Shown: positions 13,201 to 28,037 of the stretch, one piece after another
Layout of the letters: each line of letters opens with the position of its first letter
How positions within the stretch are numbered: position 1 is the stretch's first letter
Assembly (NCBI GenBank): GCA_951406725.2
Contig: OX597825.1
Coordinates: 46,438,001-46,502,000 of the forward strand
DNA from: Octopus vulgaris
Taxonomy: Eukaryota
Reading direction: 5' to 3'
Length of the DNA stretch: 64,000 bases
Position numbers and translations under genes: made by a program
The notes under the pieces: model-generated
Told to the model about the DNA's origin: nothing
Database searches by the model: none
What the model saw: only the letters and a program-made list of their open reading frames with translations

Positions 13201-16200
13201 CGGGGTTTTTCTCTCCCCCTCTTTTTACATTGTCTGTCTGGACTCCTCTTCCTACTCCTCGACATGGCCATGCATACTTAAGCTAGTAACCTGCCTCACT
13301 CTTGATTCCGAACTCCTTTTGCCAAGTCTGTCCGTAAACGAAGTGATCCCAAGATAAGAAATCTTTGAACTTTAATTCATCCGTATCTCTATTTATTATT
13401 ATTATTTATTAATTATTATTATTCTGATCCCCCTAGTCGCCACTCTGTTTACTATTTCAGCCTCGCCTCGTTTTTGCATATTCTGTATAATTCACTAGTT
13501 ATCGTTATAGATATTTAGGTTCTATCTCCCTTACAGGGCTGATTAGAAATTGGCTGCCGGTTCTTCGCGGGGTTTTTCTCTCCCCCTCTTTTTACATTGT
13601 CTGTCTGGACTCCTCTTCCTACTCCTCGACATGGCCATGCATACTTAAGCTAGTAACCTGCCTCACTCTTGATTCCGAACTCCTTTGCCAAGTCTGTCCG
13701 TAAACGAAGTGATCCCAAGATAAGAAATCTTTGAACTTTAATTCATCCGTATCTCTATTTATTATTATTATTTATTAATTATTATTATTCTGATCCCCCT
13801 AGTCGCCACTCTGTTTACTATTTCAGCCTCGCCTCGTTTTTGCATATTCTGTATAATTCACTAGTTATCGTTATAGATATTTAGGTTCTATCTCCCTTAC
13901 AGGGCTGATTAGAAATTGGCTGCCGGTTCTTCGCGGGGTTTTTCTCTCCCCCTCTTTTTACATTGTCTGTCTGGACTCCTCTTCCTACTCCTCGACATGG
14001 CCATGCATACTTAAGCTAGTAACCTGCCTCACTCTTGATTCCGAACTCCTTTGCCAAGTCTGTCCGTAAACGAAGTGATCCCAAGATAAGAAATCTTTGA
14101 ACTTTAATTCATCCGTATCTCTATTTATTATTATTATTTATTAATTATTATTATTCTGATCCCCCTAGTCGCCACTCTGTTTACTATTTCAGCCTCGCCT
14201 CGTTTTTGCATATTCTGTATAATTCACTAGTTATCGTTATAGATATTTAGGTTCTATCTCCCTTACAGGGCTGATTAGAAATTGGCTGCCGGTTCTTCGC
14301 GGGGTTTTTCTCTCCCCCTCTTTTTACATTGTCTGTCTGGACTCCTCTTCCTACTCCTCGACATGGCCATGCATACTTAAGCTAGTAACCTGCCTCACTC
14401 TTGATTCCGAACTCCTTTTGCCAAGTCTGTCCGTAAACGAAGTGATCCCAAGATAAGAAATCTTTGAACTTTAATTCATCCGTATCTCTATTTATTATTA
14501 TTATTTATTAATTATTATTATTCTGATCCCCCTAGTCGCCACTCTGTTTACTATTTCAGCCTCGCCTCGTTTTTGCATATTCTGTATAATTCACTAGTTA
14601 TCGTTATAGATATTTAGGTTCTATCTCCCTTACAGGGCTGATTAGAAATTGGCTGCCGGTTCTTCGCGGGGTTTTTCTCTCCCCCTCTTTTTACATTGTC
14701 TGTCTGGACTCCTCTTCCTACTCCTCGACATGGCCATGCATACTTAAGCTAGTAACCTGCCTCACTCTTGATTCCGAACTCCTTTTGCCAAGTCTGTCCG
14801 TAAACGAAGTGATCCCAAGATAAGAAATCTTTGAACTTTAATTCATCCGTATCTCTATTTATTATTATTATTTATTAATTATTATTATTCTGATCCCCCT
14901 AGTCGCCACTCTGTTTACTATTTCAGCCTCGCCTCGTTTTTGCATATTCTGTATAATTCACTAGTTATCGTTATAGATATTTAGGTTCTATCTCCCTTAC
15001 AGGGCTGATTAGAAATTGGCTGCCGGTTCTTCGCGGGGTTTTTCTCTCCCCCTCTTTTTACATTGTCTGTCTGGACTCCTCTTCCTACTCCTCGACATGG
15101 CCATGCATACTTAAGCTAGTAACCTGCCTCACTCTTGATTCCGAACTCCTTTTGCCAAGTCTGTCCGTAAACGAAGTGATCCCAAGATAAGAAATCTTTG
15201 AACTTTAATTCATCCGTATCTCTATTTATTATTATTATTTATTAATTATTATTATTCTGATCCCCCTAGTCGCCACTCTGTTTACTATTTCAGCCTCGCC
15301 TCGTTTTTGCATATTCTGTATAATTCACTAGTTATCGTTATAGATATTTAGGTTCTATCTCCCTTACAGGGCTGATTAGAAATTGGCTGCCGGTTCTTCG
15401 CGGGGTTTTCTCTCCCCCTCTTTTTACATTGTCTGTCTGGACTCCTCTTCCTACTCCTCGACATGGCCATGCATACTTAAGCTAGTAACCTGCCTCACTC
15501 TTGATTCCGAACTCCTTTGCCAAGTCTGTCCGTAAACGAAGTGATCCCAAGATAAGAAATCTTTGAACTTTAATTCATCCGTATCTCTATTTATTATTAT
15601 TATTTATTAATTATTATTATTCTGATCCCCCTAGTCGCCACTCTGTTTACTATTTCAGCCTCGCCTCGTTTTTGCATATTCTGTATAATTCACTAGTTAT
15701 CGTTATAGATATTTAGGTTCTATCTCCCTTACAGGGCTGATTAGAAATTGGCTGCCGGTTCTTCGCGGGGTTTCTCTCCCCCTCTTTTTACATTGTCTGT
15801 CTGGACTCCTCTTCCTACTCCTCGACATGGCCATGCATACTTAAGCTAGTAACCTGCCTCACTCTTGATTCCGAACTCCTTTTGCCAAGTCTGTCCGTAA
15901 ACGAAGTGATCCCAAGATAAGAAATCTTTGAACTTTAATTCATCCGTATCTCTATTTATTATTATTATTTATTAATTATTATTATTCTGATCCCCCTAGT
16001 CGCCACTCTGTTTACTATTTCAGCCTCGCCTCGTTTTTGCATATTCTGTATAATTCACTAGTTATCGTTATAGATATTTAGGTTCTATCTCCCTTACAGG
16101 GCTGATTAGAAATTGGCTGCCGGTTCTTCGCGGGGTTTTCTCTCCCCCTCTTTTTACATTGTCTGTCTGGACTCCTCTTCCTACTCCTCGACATGGCCAT

Positions 16201-19200
16201 GCATACTTAAGCTAGTAACCTGCCTCACTCTTGATTCCGAACTCCTTTTGCCAAGTCTGTCCGTAAACGAAGTGATCCCAAGATAAGAAATCTTTGAACT
16301 TTAATTCATCCGTATCTCTATTTATTATTATTATTTATTAATTATTATTATTCTGATCCCCCTAGTCGCCACTCTGTTTACTATTTCAGCCTCGCCTCGT
16401 TTTTGCATATTCTGTATAATTCACTAGTTATCGTTATAGATATTTAGGTTCTATCTCCCTTACAGGGCTGATTAGAAATTGGCTGCCGGTTCTTCGCGGG
16501 GTTTTCTCTCCCCTCTTTTTACATTGTCTGTCTGGACTCCTCTTCCTACTCCTCGACATGGCCATGCATACTTAAGCTAGTAACCTGCCTCACTCTTGAT
16601 TCCGAACTCCTTTTGCCAAGTCTGTCCGTAAACGAAGTGATCCCAAGATAAGAAATCTTTGAACTTTAATTCATCCGTATCTCTATTTATTATTATTATT
16701 TATTAATTATTATTATTCTGATCCCCCTAGTCGCCACTCTGTTTACTATTTCAGCCTCGCCTCGTTTTTGCATATTCTGTATAATTCACTAGTTATCGTT
16801 ATAGATATTTAGGTTCTATCTCCCTTACAGGGCTGATTAGAAATTGGCTGCCGGTTCTTCGCGGGGTTTTCTCTCCCCCTCTTTTTACATTGTCTGTCTG
16901 GACTCCTCTTCCTACTCCTCGACATGGCCATGCATACTTAAGCTAGTAACCTGCCTCACTCTTGATTCCGAACTCCTTTTGCCAAGTCTGTCCGTAAACG
17001 AAGTGATCCCAAGATAAGAAATCTTTGAACTTTAATTCATCCGTATCTCTATTTATTATTATTATTTATTAATTATTATTATTCTGATCCCCCTAGTCGC
17101 CACTCTGTTTACTATTTCAGCCTCGCCTCGTTTTTGCATATTCTGTATAATTCACTAGTTATCGTTATAGATATTTAGGTTCTATCTCCCTTACAGGGCT
17201 GATTAGAAATTGGCTGCCGGTTCTTCGCGGGGTTTTCTCTCCCCCTCTTTTTACATTGTCTGTCTGGACTCCTCTTCCTACTCCTCGACATGGCCATGCA
17301 TACTTAAGCTAGTAACCTGCCTCACTCTTGATTCCGAACTCCTTTTGCCAAGTCTGTCCGTAAACGAAGTGATCCCAAGATAAGAAATCTTTGAACTTTA
17401 ATTCATCCGTATCTCTATTTATTATTATTATTTATTAATTATTATTATTCTGATCCCCCTAGTCGCCACTCTGTTTACTATTTCAGCCTCGCCTCGTTTT
17501 TGCATATTCTGTATAATTCACTAGTTATCGTTATAGATATTTAGGTTCTATCTCCCTTACAGGGCTGATTAGAAATTGGCTGCCGGTTCTTCGCGGGTTT
17601 TCTCTCCCCCTCTTTTTACATTGTCTGTCTGGACTCCTCTTCCTACTCCTCGACATGGCCATGCATACTTAAGCTAGTAACCTGCCTCACTCTTGATTCC
17701 GAACTCCTTTGCCAAGTCTGTCCGTAAACGAAGTGATCCCAAGATAAGAAATCTTTGAACTTTAATTCATCCGTATCTCTATTTATTATTATTATTTATT
17801 AATTATTATTATTCTGATCCCCCTAGTCGCCACTCTGTTTACTATTTCAGCCTCGCCTCGTTTTTGCATATTCTGTATAATTCACTAGTTATCGTTATAG
17901 ATATTTAGGTTCTATCTCCCTTACAGGGCTGATTAGAAATTGGCTGCCGGTTCTTCGCGGGGTTTTCTCTCCCCCTCTTTTTACATTGTCTGTCTGGACT
18001 CCTCTTCCTACTCCTCGACATGGCCATGCATACTTAAGCTAGTAACCTGCCTCACTCTTGATTCCGAACTCCTTTTGCCAAGTCTGTCCGTAAACGAAGT
18101 GATCCCAAGATAAGAAATCTTTGAACTTTAATTCATCCGTATCTCTATTTATTATTATTATTTATTAATTATTATTATTCTGATCCCCCTAGTCGCCACT
18201 CTGTTTACTATTTCAGCCTCGCCTCGTTTTTGCATATTCTGTATAATTCACTAGTTATCGTTATAGATATTTAGGTTCTATCTCCCTTACAGGGCTGATT
18301 AGAAATTGGCTGCCGGTTCTTCGCGGGGTTTTCTCTCCCCCTCTTTTTACATTGTCTGTCTGGACTCCTCTTCCTACTCCTCGACATGGCCATGCATACT
18401 TAAGCTAGTAACCTGCCTCACTCTTGATTCCGAACTCCTTTTGCCAAGTCTGTCCGTAAACGAAGTGATCCCAAGATAAGAAATCTTTGAACTTTAATTC
18501 ATCCGTATCTCTATTTATTATTATTATTTATTAATTATTATTATTCTGATCCCCCTAGTCGCCACTCTGTTTACTATTTCAGCCTCGCCTCGTTTTTGCA
18601 TATTCTGTATAATTCACTAGTTATCGTTATAGATATTTAGGTTCTATCTCCCTTACAGGGCTGATTAGAAATTGGCTGCCGGTTCTTCGCGGGGTTTTCT
18701 CTCCCCCTCTTTTTACATTGTCTGTCTGGACTCCTCTTCCTACTCCTCGACATGGCCATGCATACTTAAGCTAGTAACCTGCCTCACTCTTGATTCCGAA
18801 CTCCTTTGCCAAGTCTGTCCGTAAACGAAGTGATCCCAAGATAAGAAATCTTTGAACTTTAATTCATCCGTATCTCTATTTATTATTATTATTTATTAAT
18901 TATTATTATTCTGATCCCCCTAGTCGCCACTCTGTTTACTATTTCAGCCTCGCCTCGTTTTTGCATATTCTGTATAATTCACTAGTTATCGTTATAGATA
19001 TTTAGGTTCTATCTCCCTTACAGGGCTGATTAGAAATTGGCTGCCGGTTCTTCGCGGGGTTTTCTCTCCCCCTCTTTTTACATTGTCTGTCTGGACTCCT
19101 CTTCCTACTCCTCGACATGGCCATGCATACTTAAGCTAGTAACCTGCCTCACTCTTGATTCCGAACTCCTTTTGCCAAGTCTGTCCGTAAACGAAGTGAT

Positions 19201-22200
19201 CCCAAGATAAGAAATCTTTGAACTTTAATTCATCCGTATCTCTATTTATTATTATTATTTATTAATTATTATTATTCTGATCCCCCTAGTCGCCACTCTG
19301 TTTACTATTTCAGCCTCGCCTCGTTTTTGCATATTCTGTATAATTCACTAGTTATCGTTATAGATATTTAGGTTCTATCTCCCTTACAGGGCTGATTAGA
19401 AATTGGCTGCCGGTTCTTCGCGGGGTTTTCTCTCCCCCTCTTTTTACATTGTCTGTCTGGACTCCTCTTCCTACTCCTCGACATGGCCATGCATACTTAA
19501 GCTAGTAACCTGCCTCACTCTTGATTCCGAACTCCTTTTGCCAAGTCTGTCCGTAAACGAAGTGATCCCAAGATAAGAAATCTTTGAACTTTAATTCATC
19601 CGTATCTCTATTTATTATTATTATTTATTAATTATTATTATTCTGATCCCCCTAGTCGCCACTCTGTTTACTATTTCAGCCTCGCCTCGTTTTTGCATAT
19701 TCTGTATAATTCACTAGTTATCGTTATAGATATTTAGGTTCTATCTCCCTTACAGGGCTGATTAGAAATTGGCTGCCGGTTCTTCGCGGGGTTTTCTCTC
19801 CCCCTCTTTTTACATTGTCTGTCTGGACTCCTCTTCCTACTCCTCGACATGGCCATGCATACTTAAGCTAGTAACCTGCCTCACTCTTGATTCCGAACTC
19901 CTTTTGCCAAGTCTGTCCGTAAACGAAGTGATCCCAAGATAAGAAATCTTTGAACTTTAATTCATCCGTATCTCTATTTATTATTATTATTTATTAATTA
20001 TTATTATTCTGATCCCCCTAGTCGCCACTCTGTTTACTATTTCAGCCTCGCCTCGTTTTTGCATATTCTGTATAATTCACTAGTTATCGTTATAGATATT
20101 TAGGTTCTATCTCCCTTACAGGGCTGATTAGAAATTGGCTGCCGGTTCTTCGCGGGGTTTCTCTCCCCCTCTTTTTACATTGTCTGTCTGGACTCCTCTT
20201 CCTACTCCTCGACATGGCCATGCATACTTAAGCTAGTAACCTGCCTCACTCTTGATTCCGAACTCCTTTGCCAAGTCTGTCCGTAAACGAAGTGATCCCA
20301 AGATAAGAAATCTTTGAACTTTAATTCATCCGTATCTCTATTTATTATTATTATTTATTAATTATTATTATTCTGATCCCCCTAGTCGCCACTCTGTTTA
20401 CTATTTCAGCCTCGCCTCGTTTTTGCATATTCTGTATAATTCACTAGTTATCGTTATAGATATTTAGGTTCTATCTCCCTTACAGGGCTGATTAGAAATT
20501 GGCTGCCGGTTCTTCGCGGGGTTTCTCTCCCCCTCTTTTTACATTGTCTGTCTGGACTCCTCTTCCTACTCCTCGACATGGCCATGCATACTTAAGCTAG
20601 TAACCTGCCTCACTCTTGATTCCGAACTCCTTTTGCCAAGTCTGTCCGTAAACGAAGTGATCCCAAGATAAGAAATCTTTGAACTTTAATTCATCCGTAT
20701 CTCTATTTATTATTATTATTTATTAATTATTATTATTCTGATCCCCCTAGTCGCCACTCTGTTTACTATTTCAGCCTCGCCTCGTTTTTGCATATTCTGT
20801 ATAATTCACTAGTTATCGTTATAGATATTTAGGTTCTATCTCCCTTACAGGGCTGATTAGAAATTGGCTGCCGGTTCTTCGCGGGGTTTCTCTCCCCCTC
20901 TTTTTACATTGTCTGTCTGGACTCCTCTTCCTACTCCTCGACATGGCCATGCATACTTAAGCTAGTAACCTGCCTCACTCTTGATTCCGAACTCCTTTTG
21001 CCAAGTCTGTCCGTAAACGAAGTGATCCCAAGATAAGAAATCTTTGAACTTTAATTCATCCGTATCTCTATTTATTATTATTATTTATTAATTATTATTA
21101 TTCTGATCCCCCTAGTCGCCACTCTGTTTACTATTTCAGCCTCGCCTCGTTTTTGCATATTCTGTATAATTCACTAGTTATCGTTATAGATATTTAGGTT
21201 CTATCTCCCTTACAGGGCTGATTAGAAATTGGCTGCCGGTTCTTCGCGGGGTTTTCTCTCCCCCTCTTTTTACATTGTCTGTCTGGACTCCTCTTCCTAC
21301 TCCTCGACATGGCCATGCATACTTAAGCTAGTAACCTGCCTCACTCTTGATTCCGAACTCCTTTTGCCAAGTCTGTCCGTAAACGAAGTGATCCCAAGAT
21401 AAGAAATCTTTGAACTTTAATTCATCCGTATCTCTATTTATTATTATTATTTATTAATTATTATTATTCTGATCCCCCTAGTCGCCACTCTGTTTACTAT
21501 TTCAGCCTCGCCTCGTTTTTGCATATTCTGTATAATTCACTAGTTATCGTTATAGATATTTAGGTTCTATCTCCCTTACAGGGCTGATTAGAAATTGGCT
21601 GCCGGTTCTTCGCGGGGTTTTCTCTCCCCCTCTTTTTACATTGTCTGTCTGGACTCCTCTTCCTACTCCTCGACATGGCCATGCATACTTAAGCTAGTAA
21701 CCTGCCTCACTCTTGATTCCGAACTCCTTTTGCCAAGTCTGTCCGTAAACGAAGTGATCCCAAGATAAGAAATCTTTGAACTTTAATTCATCCGTATCTC
21801 TATTTATTATTATTATTTATTAATTATTATTATTCTGATCCCCCTAGTCGCCACTCTGTTTACTATTTCAGCCTCGCCTCGTTTTTGCATATTCTGTATA
21901 ATTCACTAGTTATCGTTATAGATATTTAGGTTCTATCTCCCTTACAGGGCTGATTAGAAATTGGCTGCCGGTTCTTCGCGGGGTTTTCTCTCCCCCTCTT
22001 TTTACATTGTCTGTCTGGACTCCTCTTCCTACTCCTCGACATGGCCATGCATACTTAAGCTAGTAACCTGCCTCACTCTTGATTCCGAACTCCTTTGCCA
22101 AGTCTGTCCGTAAACGAAGTGATCCCAAGATAAGAAATCTTTGAACTTTAATTCATCCGTATCTCTATTTATTATTATTATTTATTAATTATTATTATTC

Positions 22201-24532
22201 TGATCCCCCTAGTCGCCACTCTGTTTACTATTTCAGCCTCGCCTCGTTTTTGCATATTCTGTATAATTCACTAGTTATCGTTATAGATATTTAGGTTCTA
22301 TCTCCCTTACAGGGCTGATTAGAAATTGGCTGCCGGTTCTTCGCGGGGTTTCTCTCCCCCTCTTTTTACATTGTCTGTCTGGACTCCTCTTCCTACTCCT
22401 CGACATGGCCATGCATACTTAAGCTAGTAACCTGCCTCACTCTTGATTCCGAACTCCTTTGCCAAGTCTGTCCGTAAACGAAGTGATCCCAAGATAAGAA
22501 ATCTTTGAACTTTAATTCATCCGTATCTCTATTTATTATTATTATTTATTAATTATTATTATTCTGATCCCCCTAGTCGCCACTCTGTTTACTATTTCAG
22601 CCTCGCCTCGTTTTTGCATATTCTGTATAATTCACTAGTTATCGTTATAGATATTTAGGTTCTATCTCCCTTACAGGGCTGATTAGAAATTGGCTGCCGG
22701 TTCTTCGCGGGGTTTTCTCTCCCCTCTTTTTACATTGTCTGTCTGGACTCCTCTTCCTACTCCTCGACATGGCCATGCATACTTAAGCTAGTAACCTGCC
22801 TCACTCTTGATTCCGAACTCCTTTGCCAAGTCTGTCCGTAAACGAAGTGATCCCAAGATAAGAAATCTTTGAACTTTAATTCATCCGTATCTCTATTTAT
22901 TATTATTATTTATTAATTATTATTATTCTGATCCCCCTAGTCGCCACTCTGTTTACTATTTCAGCCTCGCCTCGTTTTTGCATATTCTGTATAATTCACT
23001 AGTTATCGTTATAGATATTTAGGTTCTATCTCCCTTACAGGGCTGATTAGAAATTGGCTGCCGGTTCTTCGCGGGTTTTCTCTCCCCCTCTTTTTACATT
23101 GTCTGTCTGGACTCCTCTTCCTACTCCTCGACATGGCCATGCATACTTAAGCTAGTAACCTGCCTCACTCTTGATTCCGAACTCCTTTGCCAAGTCTGTC
23201 CGTAAACGAAGTGATCCCAAGATAAGAAATCTTTGAACTTTAATTCATCCGTATCTCTATTTATTATTATTATTTATTAATTATTATTATTCTGATCCCC
23301 CTAGTCGCCACTCTGTTTACTATTTCAGCCTCGCCTCGTTTTTGCATATTCTGTATAATTCACTAGTTATCGTTATAGATATTTAGGTTCTATCTCCCTT
23401 ACAGGGCTGATTAGAAATTGGCTGCCGGTTCTTCGCGGGGTTTCTCTCCCCCTCTTTTTACATTGTCTGTCTGGACTCCTCTTCCTACTCCTCGACATGG
23501 CCATGCATACTTAAGCTAGTAACCTGCCTCACTCTTGATTCCGAACTCCTTTTGCCAAGTCTGTCCGTAAACGAAGTGATCCCAAGATAAGAAATCTTTG
23601 AACTTTAATTCATCCGTATCTCTATTTATTATTATTATTTATTAATTATTATTATTCTGATCCCCCTAGTCGCCACTCTGTTTACTATTTCAGCCTCGCC
23701 TCGTTTTTGCATATTCTGTATAATTCACTAGTTATCGTTATAGATATTTAGGTTCTATCTCCCTTACAGGGCTGATTAGAAATTGGCTGCCGGTTCTTCG
23801 CGGGGTTTCTCTCCCCCTCTTTTTACATTGTCTGTCTGGACTCCTCTTCCTACTCCTCGACATGGCCATGCATACTTAAGCTAGTAACCTGCCTCACTCT
23901 TGATTCCGAACTCCTTTTGCCAAGTCTGTCCGTAAACGAAGTGATCCCAAGATAAGAAATCTTTGAACTTTAATTCATCCGTATCTCTATTTATTATTAT
24001 TATTTATTAATTATTATTATTCTGATCCCCCTAGTCGCCACTCTGTTTACTATTTCAGCCTCGCCTCGTTTTTGCATATTCTGTATAATTCACTAGTTAT
24101 CGTTATAGATATTTAGGTTCTATCTCCCTTACAGGGCTGATTAGAAATTGGCTGCCGGTTCTTCGCGGGGTTTCTCTCCCCCTCTTTTTACATTGTCTGT
24201 CTGGACTCCTCTTCCTACTCCTCGACATGGCCATGCATACTTAAGCTAGTAACCTGCCTCACTCTTGATTCCGAACTCCTTTGCCAAGTCTGTCCGTAAA
24301 CGAAGTGATCCCAAGATAAGAAATCTTTGAACTTTAATTCATCCGTATCTCTATTTATTATTATTATTTATTAATTATTATTATTCTGATCCCCCTAGTC
24401 GCCACTCTGTTTACTATTTCAGCCTCGCCTCGTTTTTGCATATTCTGTATAATTCACTAGTTATCGTTATAGATATTTAGGTTCTATCTCCCTTACAGGG
24501 CTGATTAGAAATTGGCTGCCGGTTCTTCGCGG
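7296..24532. repeat. Satellite-like tandem array, ~366-bp unit, about 46 copies, with one scrambled interruption at ~7713-8140
   Basis: Motif ...GGTTCTTCGCGG recurs with CGCGG at 7651, 8441, 8807 ... ~24528 (period 366); copies differ almost only in homopolymer length; no ORFs called in the array. Confidence 0.97.
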
Positions 24533-24609
24533 CGCGCCCGCCCTACCCACCCCCACCACCAATACCGGATATCTCTATTTTGCTCCAACTATACCGGATG
24601 TCGTTTCTC

Positions 24610-25243
24610 CCACCATTATAGGTGTCTACTCTTTGAACCCCTCTCTTCAATACGCTATTTCACCATGCATTACCCCTCTCTCGATATCCTACGTTCTACT
24701 TGCCTAGAACCTGTCCTCTGAACCACCCCTCCCACTGGTGCTCCCCCATATTTCTGCACCCCCCCACCACCATTATAGGTGTCTACTCTTTGAACCCCCC
24801 TCTTCAATACGCTATTTCACCATGCATTACCCCTCTCTCGATATCCTACGTTCTACTTGCCTAGAACCTGTCCTCTGAACCACCCCTCCCGCTGGTGCTC
24901 CCCTATATTTCTGCACCCCCACCACCACCATTATAGGTGTCTACTCTTTGAACCCCCTCTTCAATACGCTATTTCACCATTTCACCATGCATTACCCCTC
25001 TCTCGATATCCTACGTTCTACTTGCCTAGAACCTGTCCTCTGAACCACCCCTCCCACTGGTGCTCCCCTATATTTCTGCACCCCCCCACCACCATTATAG
25101 GTGTCTACTCTTTGAACCCCCTCTTCAATACGCTATTTCACCATGCATTACCCCTCTCTCGATATCCTACGTTCTACTTGCCTATTACCTGTCCTCTGAA
25201 CCACCCCTCCCACTGGTGCTCCCCTATATTTCTGCACCCCCCC
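24610..25243. repeat. Four tandem copies of a ~157-bp C-rich unit
   Basis: CATTATAGGTGTCTACTCTTTGAACCC at 24614, 24771, 24929, 25093. Confidence 0.95.
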
Positions 25244-25254
25244 AAAAAAAAAAA

Positions 25255-25488
25255 GCACCATCCGAACGTGGCCGATGCCAGACCCCTCTGGCACCTGTGC
25301 AGGTGGCACGTAAAAAACACCCACTACACTCGCGGAGTGGTTGGCGTTAGGAAGGGCATCCAGCTGTAGAAACACTGCCAGACTAGACTGGAGCCTGGGG
25401 CAGTCCTGAGCTCTCCAGACCCCGGTCGAAACCGTCCAACCCGTGCTAGCGCGGAAAACGGACGTTAAACGATGATGATGATGATGAT
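25255..25488 (+). mobile_element. 5'-truncated RTE-type 3' UTR or RTE-related SINE tail with (GAT)n
   Basis: ...GGAAGGGCATCCAGCTGTAGAAAC...GGAAAACGGACGTTAAACGATGATGATG; homologous to the 3' end of the RTE at 61431-63095 (minus). Confidence 0.8.
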
Positions 25489-26472
25489 GAATATAAACGA
25501 TATTCTCCGTTTCTCCACAACTAATTTCCAAATTAGCTGAATCTGTTGCTCTACCCATAGCGATATATAGCTGGTTGTGCATGAACATGGGAGAGAGCAG
25601 AGGTTATGAGAGCAAAAGACCTACGTGTTGACTGTAGACACGCTCCTTCGCAAATGATCAGCTATTATTTTGTAAACACAGTTTTGAAACTGTTCATGTT
25701 TTCGAAAGGAGAGATATGACTCTCACATCTCTGCAGGAGAAGGTAGGCTTCTCTATTCCTGTTACATTTCCGGGTGCCAAATTTGCTTCAATTGATGGTG
25801 TTACTTGGTTAGGAGGTGGTGGTGTGACAGTGGCAGGGGCAAAGGTGTGCAAAAACATGTATACAATAAGTGTATGTACGTATATGTTTCTGTGTGTGTG
25901 TGTTGCCCATATATATGTACACTTAGTTGTGATCTGAACATAACCGCTTCTCACACAGAGGATCGGGGGCCCTTTTGGGCATTCTATTTTCCTTGCTGAA
26001 AGGGTTCTCAACCCATGGGCAAAGTGGGGTTACATGATGGGGTTGGTGTTTTCAAAAGGGTTGGCATATGCAACCTGATCACCTCTGCCAATCAAACTCC
26101 CAACCCATGCGCTCCCGTCGTGACATTGATTCTGCAGAACTGGGTTGGGTATGAAAACCAACTTTAAAGTATAAATATAGATGTTACACCCAATTTTCAA
26201 CCATAACGTCTACCAATTTTGATGTATTTTGTTCAAACTTGATGCCAGCATTACTTAGGATGCTTTAAGTTCTCCAAAAATGAAAAAAAAAAAAATCGAT
26301 GAGTGGAAAAAACCGATAAACCAATTCCTTATGGGATTTCCCAATCAAATTGTCTGCAAAATTTCACCCAAAAGTTTACCAATTTCAACGGATTTCACTC
26401 AAATTTGATGTCGATGTTACTTAGTTTGCTTTGAAATAAAGAGCTTGATTAGCTTAATAATCCTGACTTAAT

Positions 26473-26500
26473 CCCGAGCAAAGCTGGGCTATACTGCTAG
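26473..26500 (+). mobile_element. Helitron-type 3' terminus (hairpin plus CTAG)
   Basis: CCCGAGCAAAGCTGGGCTATACTGCTAG followed by T; closely similar to the terminus at 3283-3310 (minus). Confidence 0.65.
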
Positions 26501-27116
26501 TAACTTCTATATGTATACACCAAGTGATTTTTGCATGCGAGCATGATTGTGTACATATGTATACATGTGTATATGTGTGTATATTTATGTCTTACATATA
26601 TATGTTTGTATATGTATGTAGTCTGTGTACATCCATCTGTGTATTTTGATGTATATATGTATATTGATGGTTTAGTATGCGTATATACTGTTGTAAAATA
26701 TTTATGTAATGCAGCATGAAAATTTTAATTTTTAATGTATCAATTGAATTATATTTCGTATATAATTATTTACAATATGTATTTTGAATCCACTCTTCGA
26801 TTTAAGGTTATCATCGATTTTTATAATAGAATGAATTTATATTGAATTCATTTATTTTGTTTATTTTGTTCATTGCATGTTTAAGATCGTTAATTGAAAG
26901 GACCAATGAAACAAATCTATTTTTAGAGGTGTATCCTTTAACTAGTTCTGATCATATTGTTATTTCTGTTCTATTTTAACAAAGCTATCCATCAAACGGG
27001 TAGGTAAAACAGCTTTTGTTATATTTCTGCTGCTTTTAAATACAGCATATTACTCTACCTCTGGTATTTGAATACTCTTTTTTCCACCTTGTTTCACATT
27101 TATGTGCTTACTCAAG

Positions 27117-27226
<110 letters not shown>

Positions 27227-27504
27227 TTAATAAGGGTGAGAGAATTAGATACTAATTTAATAGTATATTTATTCCACACCAAGTGGCCTAGTGCTACGAG
27301 AAACCTGGATTATTATAATATTTTATAACATATTATAATATTTTCACAAAATAAATATAAGAGAGTGGTCACTATATTGATCACTCTAGCACCAGTTAAT
27401 CCAAAAGGTTTCAACCACGAAAATACATGTTTCCCATGAAAGCCAGTACGACTGTTAGCTCACACGGACAGGGCAAATAAAAAATAACAAAAATACAGAT
27501 TATT

Positions 27505-27580
27505 TTGGGACAATTGTTTCGCTATCAATGAATTAAATGTAATATTACTTACAATAATCCATTTGTAGCTCGTCAGCCAA
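27505..27580 (-). ncRNA. Type I hammerhead ribozyme (copy 1)
   Basis: Reverse complement reads UUGG CUGACGA GCUA..UAGC GAAAC AAUU GUC CCAA. Confidence 0.85.
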
Positions 27581-28037
27581 GACTATCTGGATGAAATCCA
27601 CTCAATCACACGCCAGATTTTACCATAACGATAAATACGCGTGTGGTTCAATTGATTACATCCGACGTTATAATTCAAATGCCCCAACCAACAGCGCGCC
27701 AAACTGTCACGGAAAACAAATACAGCATTTAGAAATAAATGCAGCATAATTATAATTAATTAATAAGGGTGAGAGAATTAGATACTAATTTAATAGTATA
27801 TTTATTCCACACCAAGTGGCCTAGTGCTACGAGAAACCTGGATTATTATAATATTTTATAACATATTATAATATTTTCACAAAATAAATATAAGAGAGTG
27901 GTCACTATATTGATCACTCTAGCACCAGTTAATCCAAAAGGTTTCAACCACGAAAATACATGTTTCCCATGAAAGCCAGTACGACTGTTAGCTCACACGG
28001 ACAGGGCAAATAAAAAATAACAAAAATACAGATTATT

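Noticed and set aside
7296-24532. 366-bp array as a CRISPR array or ribozyme array
   Set aside because: Units are identical with no unique spacers; by eye I found no CUGANGA/GAAA hammerhead core on either strand (CTGATTAGAAA does not fit) and no convincing HDV-like fold; other ribozyme classes were not tested
25404-25438. CTGAGCTC...GGTCGAAACCGTCC in the RTE tail as a hammerhead
   Set aside because: Core lacks G8/A9 and stem I pairing
24857-25588. 170-aa and 146-aa ORFs
   Set aside because: Products of the 157-bp tandem repeat and the RTE UTR; no protein-like signature
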